Below, one piece after another: positions 23,215 to 34,695 of a DNA stretch of 41,528 nucleotides. The position numbers and the translations under genes are program-made. Every line of letters starts with the position of its first letter. Within the stretch, counting starts at the first letter, position 1. The notes under the pieces are model-generated. The model did not search any database. It had not been told where the DNA came from and saw nothing but the letters and a program-made list of their open reading frames with translations. Source of the DNA: Octopus bimaculoides (Eukaryota); NCBI RefSeq assembly GCF_001194135.2, contig NC_068989.1, forward strand, positions 81,520,332-81,561,859, written 5' to 3'.

Positions 23215-24915
23215 CTGCAAAAAATAAATAAATAACTAAATAAAATGAACAAATATTCTTTACTTGTTGATTACAGTTTAACATATGGTTACCTCCATTC
23301 ATCGCATATAGCATATTGTAGTATTCTTGACTTCCATCTTTTATCTTTTACTTGTTTCAGTCATTAGACTGTGGCCATGTTGGGCCATGCCTTGAAGAAT
23401 TTCTGTGGCCATGCTTTGAAGAATTTATTTTAGTCAAATGGATCAGCCTCAATACTTATTTTTATTTAAAGCCTGGTATTTTGTTGGTCTCTTTTGCCAA
23501 ACCACTGATATAAACATACCTATACGTGTGTGTGTATATGTGTGTTGGCTAATCAAAATAGTGCTTCCTTACTTAACATCTAAAAAAAACAATATAAAGT
23601 AACAGAAAGGCAGCAAGTTGTCAGATCGTTAGCACACTTGGCAAAATACTTAGCAGCATTTTTATGTTCAGCATTCAAAAGTCCACCAAGGTCGACTTTG
23701 CCCTTCATCCTTTCAGAGTCGATAAAATAGGTAACAGTTGAGCACTGGGGTCAATGTAATCAACTTCCCCTCCCCTGAAATTGGTGACTTTGTGCCAAAA
23801 TTTGAAACCAATATAAAGTAATGGCCCTTTCTTTGGTACACACATACACCCGTATCATCTTGTCATCATCATCCCCATTTAACGTCCCTTTTTCCATGCT
23901 GGCATGGGTTCAATGGTTCCACAGGAACCAATGTACCAGAGGACCTAATGTCAATGTCTTGGCCTCACTTCTTCTGCAGGTTATCCTTCCAAATACCAAT
24001 TACGTCAGAGAGTTTTCTTGGTGCATTTTACGTGTCACCAGCATTAGTGAAGTCACCAAGTACTTGCTTCTACGTTCTTTAACTCCTAAACAATATTGAC
24101 CGGGTTATATCTGATAAATCCTGAATTCCGCCAACAACATTTTAATTAGAAACACAAGAATAATAACATCTTTACAATATCGGCTCATTTATTTTGACTA
24201 CAAATTTGCAGAAAATTAGAGAATAAAACATTTATGGTCGAGTGCCAAAATTGGCAACAGGAAACCAAGGACAGTTTATGATTCTTATAACTAAAACAAC
24301 AATATACTATATTTTTGATAATTAAGATAAAAAAGAAAGAAAAACTTTGATTCACACAGCAGTAATTTACAGGAGACAGTAATTATAAGCTGTTTCTGGA
24401 AGTTACTTAAATACCACGATAGAAGTAACAGATGTTATATGACTCAACAGAAGGGTAAAAATTGAGTTTCTGTTTTTAAATGAAATGCTGTTTGTAGATC
24501 TTTAGATTTTTCTTTATCTTTTAAGGAATAATTTTTTTTTTTTTTTTTTTTTTGATGGATCGTGAGCGCACTGTAAACGTTGTTTGCATTACATCGAAGG
24601 TATACGAATTTTTTTACCAACAACCAACAAACGAGCAAAAAATCTACGTGGTCAGCAATACTGGTCATATTCACTTGGATCTCAGCCTATGGTATAAAAA
24701 AGGAAGGACACGTGGAAGAATATATTTCTATATATGCAAAAAGGCTGTATGGTCACAGCTGGAATCTTTTGATCACAAATCTGATTCTTCTGAGATTACA
24801 CAACAATAGCGTGGTAACTACGCCTGACCAATAACAATAGCCTTTACAAATAAACTTCCGTTTCCAGTAAGCTTAAAATTTAACATGATAATAATTGAAC
24901 TAAAATAATACATAC

Positions 24916-24982
24916 AACCAAGGATGGGCATTAATAAGCCATTATTTAATTTTACTTTAGCTGTATGAATTGAGTGTTTCAT
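24916..24982 (-). CDS. AKR coding exon 1 (MKHSIHTAKVKLNNGLLMPILG)
   Basis: ATG at 24982, LNNG-x-MP-x-LG motif, donor GTATGT, phase 1. Confidence 0.88.
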
Positions 24983-25646
24983 TTTGCCGTCTTTCAGCCA
25001 AGCAAACATAACGGTGTCATATCAAATTATATTAAACCTAATATGTTTTTTTTTATGTATCCATTTAAAATCGATAAATTGATGTTGTTACTTTTGCTCT
25101 GAGAGAAATCAATTAATTGAAGGGAAATGTTCTGCGAAGTTTGATTATGATAAATATAATGTAAACATAAAATCGTTGCTGGTTATTTTTTCAGGCGGTA
25201 CTTTTTAATGCAATACCGTTTTACTACAGAAACAGAAACAATGTCTCTTTGTTCAATAACAAGTTTCACTTAATAGCGATTACTAGATGGACCACTCAAT
25301 GGACAATGTCATCACCTCTGAAATTTGGTATAGGCGTAGATTTGGGGCAAAAACACGATTCTAACAGTGGGATTAAAATGAAAGAAAACAAAACCAGAGA
25401 TGTCCGAAAAACCTGGCTATCCTGAGTAAGCTTTAACAAAAGAGGTTATTAAACGTCATTATTACATATTTTTTAAGGCAACTAAAATGAAGATTGACAG
25501 CAGTGTTCTTGGCCCTTCGCTTGCGAAGATATTGCGATGTCCTGGATTTAAAAAGTAAGGCTCATCGCTAAGTTGCAGGGGATACAAAATGTGGTACGTT
25601 TCATGGCACTATTCCCGAAAACAAGCGTGCTGAATTTGTATCAGAC

Positions 25647-26165
25647 CAAGTGAGACCATAACTGTGGCTTATGCCAGTACTGTATAACCAGCCCATTTAA
25701 GAGTACCCTTCAATCATTGGACAACAAACTATTCTTGCGAAGACCTGTTGAGGCAAGTGAACTCGCTGTCGTGGCCAATGACAGTACCGCCTGATTGGCA
25801 CCCGTTAAAAGCACCGTTCAAGCATGATCGTTGCCAGGGCCGCTGACTGGCTACCGGTGGCACATAAAAAGCACCATTTGAGTGTAGTTGTTGCCAGTGT
25901 TGCCAGACTGGCTCCTGTACAGGTGACATGTAAAAAGTACCATTTGAGTGTGGCCGATGCCAGTACTTCCTGACTGGCCCTCGTGCCAGTGACACGTAAA
26001 AAGTACCCACTACACTCTTGGAGTGGTTGGCATTAGGAAGGGCATCCAGCTATATAAACTTTGCCAGATCAGATTGGAGACTGGTGCAGCCTTCTGGCTT
26101 GCCCGCCATCAGTCAAACCGTCCAACCTATGAAAGCGGACTTTAGACGATGATGATGATGATGAT
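25647..26165 (+). mobile_element. RTE 3' UTR copy with internal tandem units and (GAT)n tail, upstream of AKR
   Basis: 5' part matches the UTR after the RTE stop at 30502 (-); units of tgcc(g/a)gtggcacgtaaaaagcacc; standard tail. Confidence 0.8.
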
Positions 26166-26379
26166 GGTTATATATATTAATATGGTTGGTTTGTTTATGA
26201 ATGGTTGTTTTTTCTGAGTACCTGCATTTTCCATGCTTTTCAAGTTATTTACAAATTTTTACCAAATGCCCCACATTCTCCTAGTCTGTATTTTGTAATG
26301 TTATAGTGTTACAGACAAAACAGATTTCATATGCAGCTGGTGTATAGGAGCAATAAAAAAAACCTGGGAAAGTAGATTC

Positions 26380-26695
26380 TTATGAATACCTATGGTGATT
26401 CACTAGGAATAGTTGGCAGCTGTTACCTAGGTAGCTTGATTAGAAGTGGGAGTATTTGCCTTGAAAGCTTATCGTCAAAATAAGAACAGATTGAAAAATG
26501 GCTTTTCCCTCAGAACAAAGAGGAAATGCTATGATGTTAATATGCAAAGTGCTATGTTGTACTATAGTGAGAGGCAAAACTTCAGTATAGAGGATTTGTG
26601 AAGATTAGAACAGAATGAAGCGAGCATACTTTGCTGTATGTATAATACTAGTGTACATGAATGATGGAATATAAATGAGCTTAGAGAAAAACTGT
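26380..26695 (+). pseudogene. Decayed RTE ORF C-terminal fragment
   Basis: GFSLRTK…QSAMLY…RLEQNEASIL…LREKL. Confidence 0.65.
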
Positions 26696-26972
26696 AGTAA
26701 CACCTGCGCATGCGTAGAATTAAACAAGCAAGCGTTTCCCACTCAATTCATTCTCTTTCACGCTGGCCAGCGATTGAGCATGGACGTGTGTTTAAAAGCT
26801 GTCCCTACATCTTTCGGTCTTATACTCGACAGCTCGTTATTCTCACCTCTAAAGATGTATAACTAAAGATTTGTATGTTTTACCAAGTAAATAAATGTTG
26901 TTTGAGTTGTTTAGTCTGGAGTTCAGCGTTCCGTCTATTTCTTCAATTTTATAGTAGAAAGTCAGGTATACA
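26693..26972. mobile_element. Possible solo LTR
   Basis: Starts TGTA and ends TACA, AATAAA near 26888, CpG-richer than its flanks; no matching TSD. Confidence 0.3.
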
Positions 26973-27591
26973 ATCTAAAGATGTATAACCCACTTTCTAC
27001 TAAAAAAAACTATATATAAGAGGAAGACGTTATAACAGACAAGAGAGAAGACTGCACTGATACAAACATGTGAAGCCATTTGTACAAAAAAGTACGAAGC
27101 ACTCAAAGTTAGATAGCCTTGGACAAAGTGGTGAGACTAATCTTAAGATGTTGCATCTCACTACAGAAATGACAAAGAACCATAATGTTTGACAGCATAC
27201 GGTGCTGGTGCAAACCCAGCAGTCATCCAACAAATTATGCTCACTTCATTTGTCTCCATTTTCAACAGATCTTCTTCCATATTGAGTACTCCATGTCTCA
27301 CTAACACATAGTGGCACACTTCTTGCACACACTTAATAGAGATTGTTCATAACAAAAGCAACAGCAACATTGCCTTCTTTCCTTATACTTTCGAGATGTA
27401 TCCTACCTAACTAAAATATCTACTAGTTTGTATGTATTTGGTAGAAAGCAAAAATATAGACTCAGAATTAATATGAACCCATAAAGCACTGGGATTTGCA
27501 TTTACATAGCATGGACTGCTGAGCACATTTTATGAAAATGACACTACCATGCACACATAAAAATTAAAAAAATAGTTAAAGTATCTTCTTG

Positions 27592-28675
27592 TTAGGTTGT
27601 CAAGAAAATTCTTGCGGTTTTTAACCTTTGAATTCAGATGCCCAAATCTCGGCTCAAACAAAACTTTATTAATCGAAATAAACACCATCAGAATGAAGAC
27701 ACTTTTGCCAGCGCGAAACAAGTTTATTCATGCCAGTAGCGTAATAATCCTGCGTTCTGGTGGCGATGAAGTCACTGAAGGCATGTTTGGCATCGTCTTG
27801 GTTTTTGAAGTATTTCTCATGCAGGAAGTTGTCGAGATGCTTGAAAAAGTGGTAGTCGGTAGGCGAGAGGTCTGGTGAGTATGGCAGAGTGTCGTAGCCA
27901 AATTCGTTCAACTTCTGCAAGGTCAGTTGTGCGACGTGCGGCCGAGCGTTGTTGTAGAGAAGAATTGGTCCTTTTCTATTGACCAATGCTGGCTGTTGTT
28001 TTCGGAGTTACTTATGCATTTTATCCATTTGCTGACAGTTCTTCTCCGCCGTAATGGTATCGCCTGGATCCAAAAAGCTGTGATGGATGAGATTGGTTGC
28101 AGACCACCAAACAGCCACCATGACCTTTTGATGCAACTTTGGCTTTGGGAAGTGCCGTGGAGCTTTGTCGGCATCCAACCACTGAGCTGAGCATCGCCCG
28201 TTGTCGTAAAGAATCCACTTTTCATCGCAAGTCACAATCCGGTCGAGAAACAGGTCCTTCTTGTTGTGTAAACGAAGGGAAGATGACACTTCTAAACGGC
28301 ATATTTTTTGGTTGTCGTTCAATTTGTGCGGCACCCATTTCTCAAGTATTTTTGTTTATTCAATCTCTTTCAAGTGGTTTAAAATTGTCGTATACATTAC
28401 GTCTAATTCAGAAGCAAGCTCTCGAACAGTTGTGTGTGGATTGGCTTCCACTAAGGCTCTTAGTTGATCGTTGGCAACATCCGATGGCCGACCACTACGC
28501 TTATCATCTTCAAGACTCGTCACCGCTACGAAATTTCTTCAACCACCATTGTGTTGTACGTTCATTAGTGGTTCCTGGGTCAAACACATCGTTAATATCG
28601 CAAGCTGTTTCAACAGCTTTTCGGCCTAGCTTGAACTGGAATAAGAAAATTGTGCGAATTTGCTTTTTGTCGTTG
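27592..28675 (-). mobile_element. Mariner transposon (cecropia/Hsmar1-like), 5'-truncated, transposase pseudogene
   Basis: DKKQIRTIFLFQFKLGRKA, RSGRPS, WVPHKL, TCDEKW, YNNARPH, YSPDLSPTDYHFF; TIR TTAGGTTGTCAAGAAAATTCTTGCGGTTTT at 27592; frameshifts and an in-frame stop. Confidence 0.95.
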
Positions 28676-28788
28676 TTGGGAAAAAATGGCCTAATTATTC
28701 AAAAAGAAAAAGAGTAACACGGGATCTTTCTGATTTGGCGGGCACCACTTGTTTTCTTAACGAAACACTTTCAAACTTGGGATCTTTC

Positions 28789-29037
28789 TGGGCGATCTTT
28801 CGTTTTGATTACATTTTTTTTAACGTCATTTCTAATCCACGTGCGTTTGTTTATGTTTCTGAACAAGATCGTCGCTTTCCGTAAAAGAGTTTTAGGGTTA
28901 GGGTTAGGGAATTCCGTCCCTAACCCCAACGGTAACCGTAACCCTAACCCTAACCCTAAAACCCTTTTACGGAAACATAAACAAACGCATGTGGATTAGA
29001 AATGACGTAAAATGTAATCGAAACGAAAGATAGCCCA
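28789..29037. mobile_element. Fold-back element with telomeric-repeat core
   Basis: About 95-bp inverted arms; the left arm has an extra ~18 nt. (TTAGGG)3 at 28892-28909 and seven CCCTAA-phase hexamers at 28918-28959. Confidence 0.88.
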
Positions 29038-29370
29038 ATAGAGTATAAAAGTGGTAATTGATGCTTAACGAGGATCAATCAGATATTAAAACTAATGTAT
29101 ATTGTGCAATATACCATAATCTACCACGTGCACGAGTTTCATTAACATTGACATAGCAGAACCCCAAAACATTGAGGTTTCCTAATACTTTTGGCCAAGG
29201 CTCTGTGTGTGTGTGTGTGTAAAAATATATATTATAACAGTTTATTGGGGTGTGTAATATTATAGATTAGATATAGCCCCCCATCTATGCATGTTGCATA
29301 ACTTAATTGAACAGTGGCTATACACTTTTAACCGCTAGAGAAATACATCCGTAAGCATTTAAATTACTTG

Positions 29371-29599
29371 TGTTGTGCCTGGGGAGAGTCATTTTCTTTT
29401 TGTGCCTTATAATTTAACACACTCTGGTAAAATTTCCACTTTTTATTTTCCTAAAATTTTCGTTGCGTCTTGCAACCTTTTCCATAGCTTAACTATTGAA
29501 AAGACAATTGAAAAAGTTGCAAGACGCAACGAAAATTTTACCGGTGAGTGTGTTAAATTATAAGGCACAAAAAGAAAATGACTTTCCCCAGACTCAACA
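29371..29599. mobile_element. Fold-back palindromic element
   Basis: Arms ctggggagagtcattttctttttgtgccttataatttaacacactc…cgttgcgtcttgcaac and its reverse complement; 24-nt extra segment in the left arm; spacer about 29485-29508. Confidence 0.9.
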
Positions 29600-30144
29600 G
29601 AATGTGTTTCAACACACGAACTCACATAAAGAATCTTGCAAACCAAATCCAAAAACGAAATTTAAATTGATAAATCAATAATTGCCTCCCCTTAACCACA
29701 AATACTCATAACTGTCCCATTTCCCCATTGTATGCTTTTAATATGCGCTAATATAAGCGATATGAGGCCCCTTACACATATCTCCTTTATTTACCATTTT
29801 GCTCCAGCGATTAACAGTTTCTTAATGGCCAGCCTTTTGTTTCTGAGATAGTATCCTCCGGGGTTGTTTCAGGTATACAGCCTACTTATAATAATGAGTA
29901 AAATACATACGAAATCAATAAATAATTAATTGTAGTCAACTGTTATTATTTAGTTCTATAACTACCGGTATTTTTTATTATATTTCTTACTTTTTATTTT
30001 ATTTTATTTTTGATCTAACCAAATTGCTCATATAGTTATATATTTAACCAACGCCTTCTCCCCGTAAATCGGAATGCACCACTAAATATTATAACTATCC
30101 CAATTCTATTTCTAAATTCTAGTCGGTCGAAAGTCTCCCAATTG

Positions 30145-30362
30145 GATCAACATGTGGCACTCCGTCGTTTACGACGACGAGGGTTCCAGTTGATCCAATC
30201 AACGGAACAGCCTGCTCGTGAAATTAGCGTACAAGTGGCTAAGCACTCCACAGACACGTGTACCCTTAACGTAGTTCTCGGGGAGATTCAGTGTGACACA
30301 GAGTGTGACAAGGCTGGCCCTTTGAAATACAGGTACAACAGAAACAGGAAGAAGTGAGAGAA
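30145..30362 (-). mobile_element. Family-C SINE, 3' half
   Basis: Co-linear with 10603-10805; stops where the RTE at 30372 begins. Confidence 0.88.
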
Positions 30363-30371
30363 ACTTCCTTG

Positions 30372-30995
30372 TGATTTGATTTGATTTTGATTTTGATGTA
30401 CTTGACTCAATAGGTCTTCTCAAGCATTGTCGCCTGACGATCCAAAGGTACTTTTTAAGTGGCCTGGTTATGCACCACTGGTGTAGGCTACGGCTGTGAT
30501 CTCACTTTACTTGCCGGGTCTTCTCAATCACAGCATATCTCCAGAGGTCTCGGTCTTTCGTCATTGCTTCTGTGAGGCCCAATATTTGGAGGTCATGCTT
30601 CACCACCTCATCCCATGTCTTCTTGGGTTTCCCTCTACCACGGGTTCCTTCCACTGTTTGGGAGTGACACCTCTTCACACAGCTCTCCTCATCCATCCAT
30701 AGTACATGACCATACCAACACAGTCATCTCTCTTGCACACCACATCTGATGCTTTTTATGTCCAACATTTCTCTCAGGGCACACTGACATTACACATCCA
30801 GCGGATCATGCTAGCTTCATTTCTTTCGAGCTTATGCATGTCTTCAGCAGTCACGGCCCATGTTTCACTGCCGCGAAGCATAGCAGTTCGCACACATGCA
30901 TTGTACAATCTACCTTTCACTCTGAGCGAGAGGCCCTTTGCCACCAGTAGAAGTAGGAGCTCTCTGAACTTTGCCCAGGCTATTCTTATTCTAGT
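30372..30995 (-). mobile_element. 5'-truncated RTE LINE with (ATCAA)n tail
   Basis: RIRIAWAKFRELL…RVKGRLYNACVRTAM…RGRGKPKKTWDEVVKHDLQ…EKTRQVK*; internal deletion relative to the 7831 copy. Confidence 0.92.
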
Positions 30996-30998
30996 GGC

Positions 30999-31705
30999 AA
31001 TAATAATAATTCTTTCTACTGGAAGTACAAGGCCTTAAATTTGGGGTAAGAGATTAAGTTGATTATATCGACCTCAGTGTATAACTGGTACTTATTTAAT
31101 TAACCTCAAAAGGATGAAAGGCAAAGTCGATGTCGGTAGAATTTGAAGTCAGAACATAGCAGCAAATGAAATACTGCTAAACATTTCACCCGGCATGCCA
31201 ATGATTCTGCCAGCATGCTGCCTTAACAATAATAATAATAATAATAATTAATGCCCTGATGCAGTACCAGGTAGTGGTTCTCATGGCTTCTGATCTTAAC
31301 TGATTGGAATTGTTATCATATACAGCAAACTTAGGGTGAGGGTAAATTGATTACATCAAGCCCAGGATGAAAGGCAAAGTCAGCCTCAGTAGCATTTGAA
31401 CCAAGACCTTACAGATGGTTGAAATGACACGCTGAGTATTTTTCCCAGTTTGCTAATGACTCTACCTGCTTGCTGCCTTAATAATAATAATCTTTTCTAC
31501 TATAGGTACAAGACCTGAAATTTTGGGGGAGGAGAATAGCCAATTACATCAACTCCAGTGTTCAGCTGGTGCTTATCTTATTATTATTAACTCTAAAAGA
31601 ATGAAAGGCTAAGTCAGCCTCTGCAGAATTTGAACTCAGAACATAAAAACAGACAAAAAGCATTTTGTCCAATATGCTAATGATTCTCCCAGTTCATTGC
31701 CTTCA
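30999..31705 (-). mobile_element. Cluster of three family-B SINEs (30999-31224, about 31325-31479, 31480-31705)
   Basis: Reverse-complement bodies ggatgaaaggcaaagtc…gaatttgaactcagaac. Confidence 0.85.
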
Positions 31706-32123
31706 TCATCATCATCATCATAATCTGAAGTGCAATATCTGCTTCTTTGGGGTATATTGCATACATTCTAAGAATTATTTTATTTTATTTTGTTTCCATG
31801 TTGTTGTTCTTTAGTCAAAGATATAATGCCAGGGAATATCAGAATAGATATCATCTGGCAATTTCATTTTATCTTAACCATGCCATAAGAGAAGTACTTC
31901 TCTCCTGGGTATTTTGAATTGCCTCTTATTTACTTCACTTAAAAGTAAATCAATATTTGAGCTATAATAAAAATCGAATCACACTACATTGACCTATCCT
32001 GCACTTTGCATTCCTACAACCTCCCCATTACTTCTGAATAAATAACAGACTATGCACTTTTATCATAAACAAAAACGTTACAGGCTTGTATTTGTATCCG
32101 AGTTCTGTCGTTCTTTATGTGAA

Positions 32124-32450
32124 GGCTCATGGCTCAGTGGTTAGAGCATCAGGCTTACAATCATGAGGTAGTGAGATCAATTCTTAGACTGGGCTGTGTG
32201 TTGTGTCCTTGAGCAAGACACTTCATTTCACGTTGTTCCAGTTCACTCAGCTGTAGAAATGAGTTGCAACGTCACTGGTGCCAAGTTGTATTGACCTTTG
32301 CCTTTCCCTTGCATAACATCAGTAGCATGGAATGGAGAAGTATGCATGAGTGACTGCTGGTCTTCCATAAAAAACCTTGCATGGACTTGTGTCTCAGAGG
32401 GTAACTTTCTAGGTGCAATCCCATGGTCATTTATGACCGAAGAGGGTCGT
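32124..32450 (+). mobile_element. tRNA-derived SINE with CORE/Meta-like central domain
   Basis: A-box TGGCTCAGTGG; tgttgtgtccttgagcaagacactt…ccagttcactcagctg. Confidence 0.75.
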
Positions 32451-33092
32451 TCGCCAGTCCTCAGTGAAATCATCCAACCCATGCTAGCATGGAAGGCGGA
32501 CATTAAACAATGATGATGATGATGAGATCCCCCCTTTCTAAAATCTCTGCTTCTTTTCTGTCTATAACTTTCAAATTTTATGAAATACTAGGAAGAGTTG
32601 AGGATTTGAAAGGTAGAGACTGAGTTTGAAAAGCAAAAGTGCGAGATAAGTATATGGGGAGAGAGAAAGTGATACAGAAATCAATGAGATGTGTGAAGAT
32701 TTAAGTAAACTAAAAGATATTCTGGGGATTTCTGCTTCAATGTGATTAATATATTTTGTTCTTATTTTTGATCTTCATTTTATAAAACTAAAACACCCAC
32801 TTCTCTCTTTCTCTCTTTGATACTTCAATTCATTGTTTCCAAGAATTTTTGTCAATTTTCAAGAAACACACACATGCACGCACGCACGCACACATCCACT
32901 CACAGCCACTTAGTTCACTTTTACTTCCTACATGTCATTCATCATCCTTTCTCTCTTCCCATATGCTTCTATCTCACACTTTCACTTTTCAAACAGACCT
33001 CTGCCTTTCATACACCTCAAATGCCCCTCTTTCCAATATTTTATTATATTTGAAAGTTACAGACTGAAAATAGAGATAGGCATACTCTAGTA

Positions 33093-33242
33093 CAGTGGTT
33101 CTTCACCTTTTTACAACCATGTCTCCCCTAGGAATTTGTCCTGCTCTCCACACCCCACCTTGCATCTATGAATAAAATTTCCTCTGAGATTTTAAATAAA
33201 ATCTAAACTATGAATTAGCCACATTATACAAAATATGTATAA
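33093..33242. mobile_element. hAT-Charlie-type element, left end (copy 1)
   Basis: CAGTGGTTCTTCACC terminus after CTCTAGTA; homologous to 35471-35865. Confidence 0.7.
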
Positions 33243-33470
33243 TCTATAATATAATCCCATTCTGTCTGTATGTGTGTAAAAGATTATAACAGCCGTATTT
33301 TTAAACTGATTTTCTCCAAACTGGGAACATACATTACTTATGTTCGGGGGATGGTTTTAGACTCTTAAAATTTTTCACATAATGAGTAATGGGACCCTAG
33401 GGGCAAAAACACCCATTCCTGGGTTATGGGGAGAAGGGAGGTAATTCTTTACGAAGTAAGTTTCAGAATT
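33243..33470 (+). mobile_element. Helitron-like 5' end
   Basis: A|TCTATAATATAA…ctgtctgtatgtgtg start; right boundary approximate. Confidence 0.45.
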
Positions 33471-33698
33471 GATTGTCTCCCTTACGTCCATTGGTCATAA
33501 AAAAATAAAAGATATTGCTTTTTATATTAGATTCACATCTTTGAAAGGTTTTTTAAATATTTACTTCCAGTTTCCTAGTGTCAGTGACGATTATATCTCT
33601 CTATCCATCTCTCTATTCATCTCTATCTCGATATCTCTCTGTATCTATCTGTCTATATCTTATCTACCTATCTATACCTATCTTATTTGTCTAACTAG

Positions 33699-33740
<42 letters not shown>

Positions 33741-33874
33741 CATTCTCTATTGTTTTCACCTTCATTTTTCAGATGCTATTGTTTTCACTTTAAGTTCAAT
33801 CGTTATTGTTTTCAATCTAAGTTTTCAATTGCTATTTACAAACAACAATAAATTACTGACTGAAAGAAGTTCGC

Positions 33875-34128
33875 AATTACTGATAAAAGTTATTTCATAC
33901 ATAATTTACTGACAGAAGTAACTTCATAGATTTCACTTCAATCCGAACACTTCGTTGAATTTGCCTACAAATTTCTTATTTACTTTTGCAACGTTTTGTG
34001 GGGTTTTTTTTTTTTTTTTTTTGACGGAATTACTGATAAAAGTAAGTTCATAATTTACTGACAGAAGTAATTTCAAAAATTTTACTTAAATCTGTACACT
34101 TAGTTAATTTCCCTAAAAATTTCTTATT
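33875..34128. repeat. Diverged ~105-bp direct duplication (33875-33980 and 34028-34128) separated by poly-T
   Basis: aattactgataaaagt…ataatttactgacagaagtaa…aaatttcttatt occurs twice. Confidence 0.85.
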
Positions 34129-34249
34129 GTTGGTATCTCAGCTACTAGTAGTTGAGACCTGTGTAATCTAGATGATGTTTTTAAATTTCATTATTCTCAT
34201 TAACCCAGACAACAAAGGGTATTTCTGCTAGTTTTTACGTATAAACACA

Positions 34250-34695
34250 TTATCCAAAAAAATGAAATACTTGACATTGCTTCTTGGCTACAGGATCTTG
34301 AATGTGTGCTTGAATGCCAGTGAGTGCACAATGTAAGTCCCTTTCAATGTTCATTCTGTTTCTGTACATGGTCTTCACAGCAATGAGCAAATAAAATGCA
34401 GCTTCACAAAGATACATGGATCCAAACATAGCTAAAATTCAAAGAGTCTTATGTAAGAACAGAGGGTAAACAGGGAAGTACTTGATCCAGAACGTTTCAA
34501 GATCCATTTCTCTGAAGTCTCCCTTAGCTGGGGAGTTGAACTTCAGCTCAAGAAACTCCCCTTGCACTTCATCCAAAACATCAGCCACTTCACACTGAAA
34601 TGGGTTCCTGATGAATTTCCAAGCTTCATGCATTTCATCTATATTTCAGAACTATCTGATGTATTCTGTTTGCAAGTCAGTTAGATGAGTGATTA
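34250..34695 (-). pseudogene. hAT (Charlie/Buster-type) transposase C-terminal remnant
   Basis: WKFIRNPF…LELK…LETFWIK…YP…L*ILAMFGSMYLCEAAF…VKTMYRNRMNIERDLHCAL…KQCQVFH (dimerisation-domain pattern). Confidence 0.85.

Larger units (their letters stand above)
12463..24982 (-). other. Aldo-keto reductase gene span (8 coding exons, 294 aa; resembles glyoxal-reductase-like/YvgN-like animal AKRs)
   Basis: Manual splice reconstruction: exons of 67+81+108+189+92+108+94+146 = 885 nt, open frame, all GT-AG introns. AKR motifs LNNGLLMPILGLGT, GYRSIDTASVY, FITSKL, DYLDLYLIHWP, KSIGISNY, QAYSSLG, AQILLRWAIQQG, LPKS. Confidence 0.95.

Noticed and set aside
24552-24834. Two overlapping + ORFs in AKR intron 1
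   Set aside because: At most a faint resemblance to a decayed LINE C-terminus; no supportable product.
28892-28959. Literal chromosome end-to-end fusion site
   Set aside because: Very short arrays inside symmetric non-telomeric arms fit a fold-back element better; kept only as an alternative.
29078-29093. Reverse complement resembles U2 snRNA (agtttaatatctgat)
   Set aside because: About 15 nt, AT-rich, with an indel; flanks do not match.
34439-34441. In-frame TGA in the hAT remnant as selenocysteine or readthrough
   Set aside because: A CGA-to-TGA CpG transition is simpler, more stops lie upstream, and no SECIS was seen.
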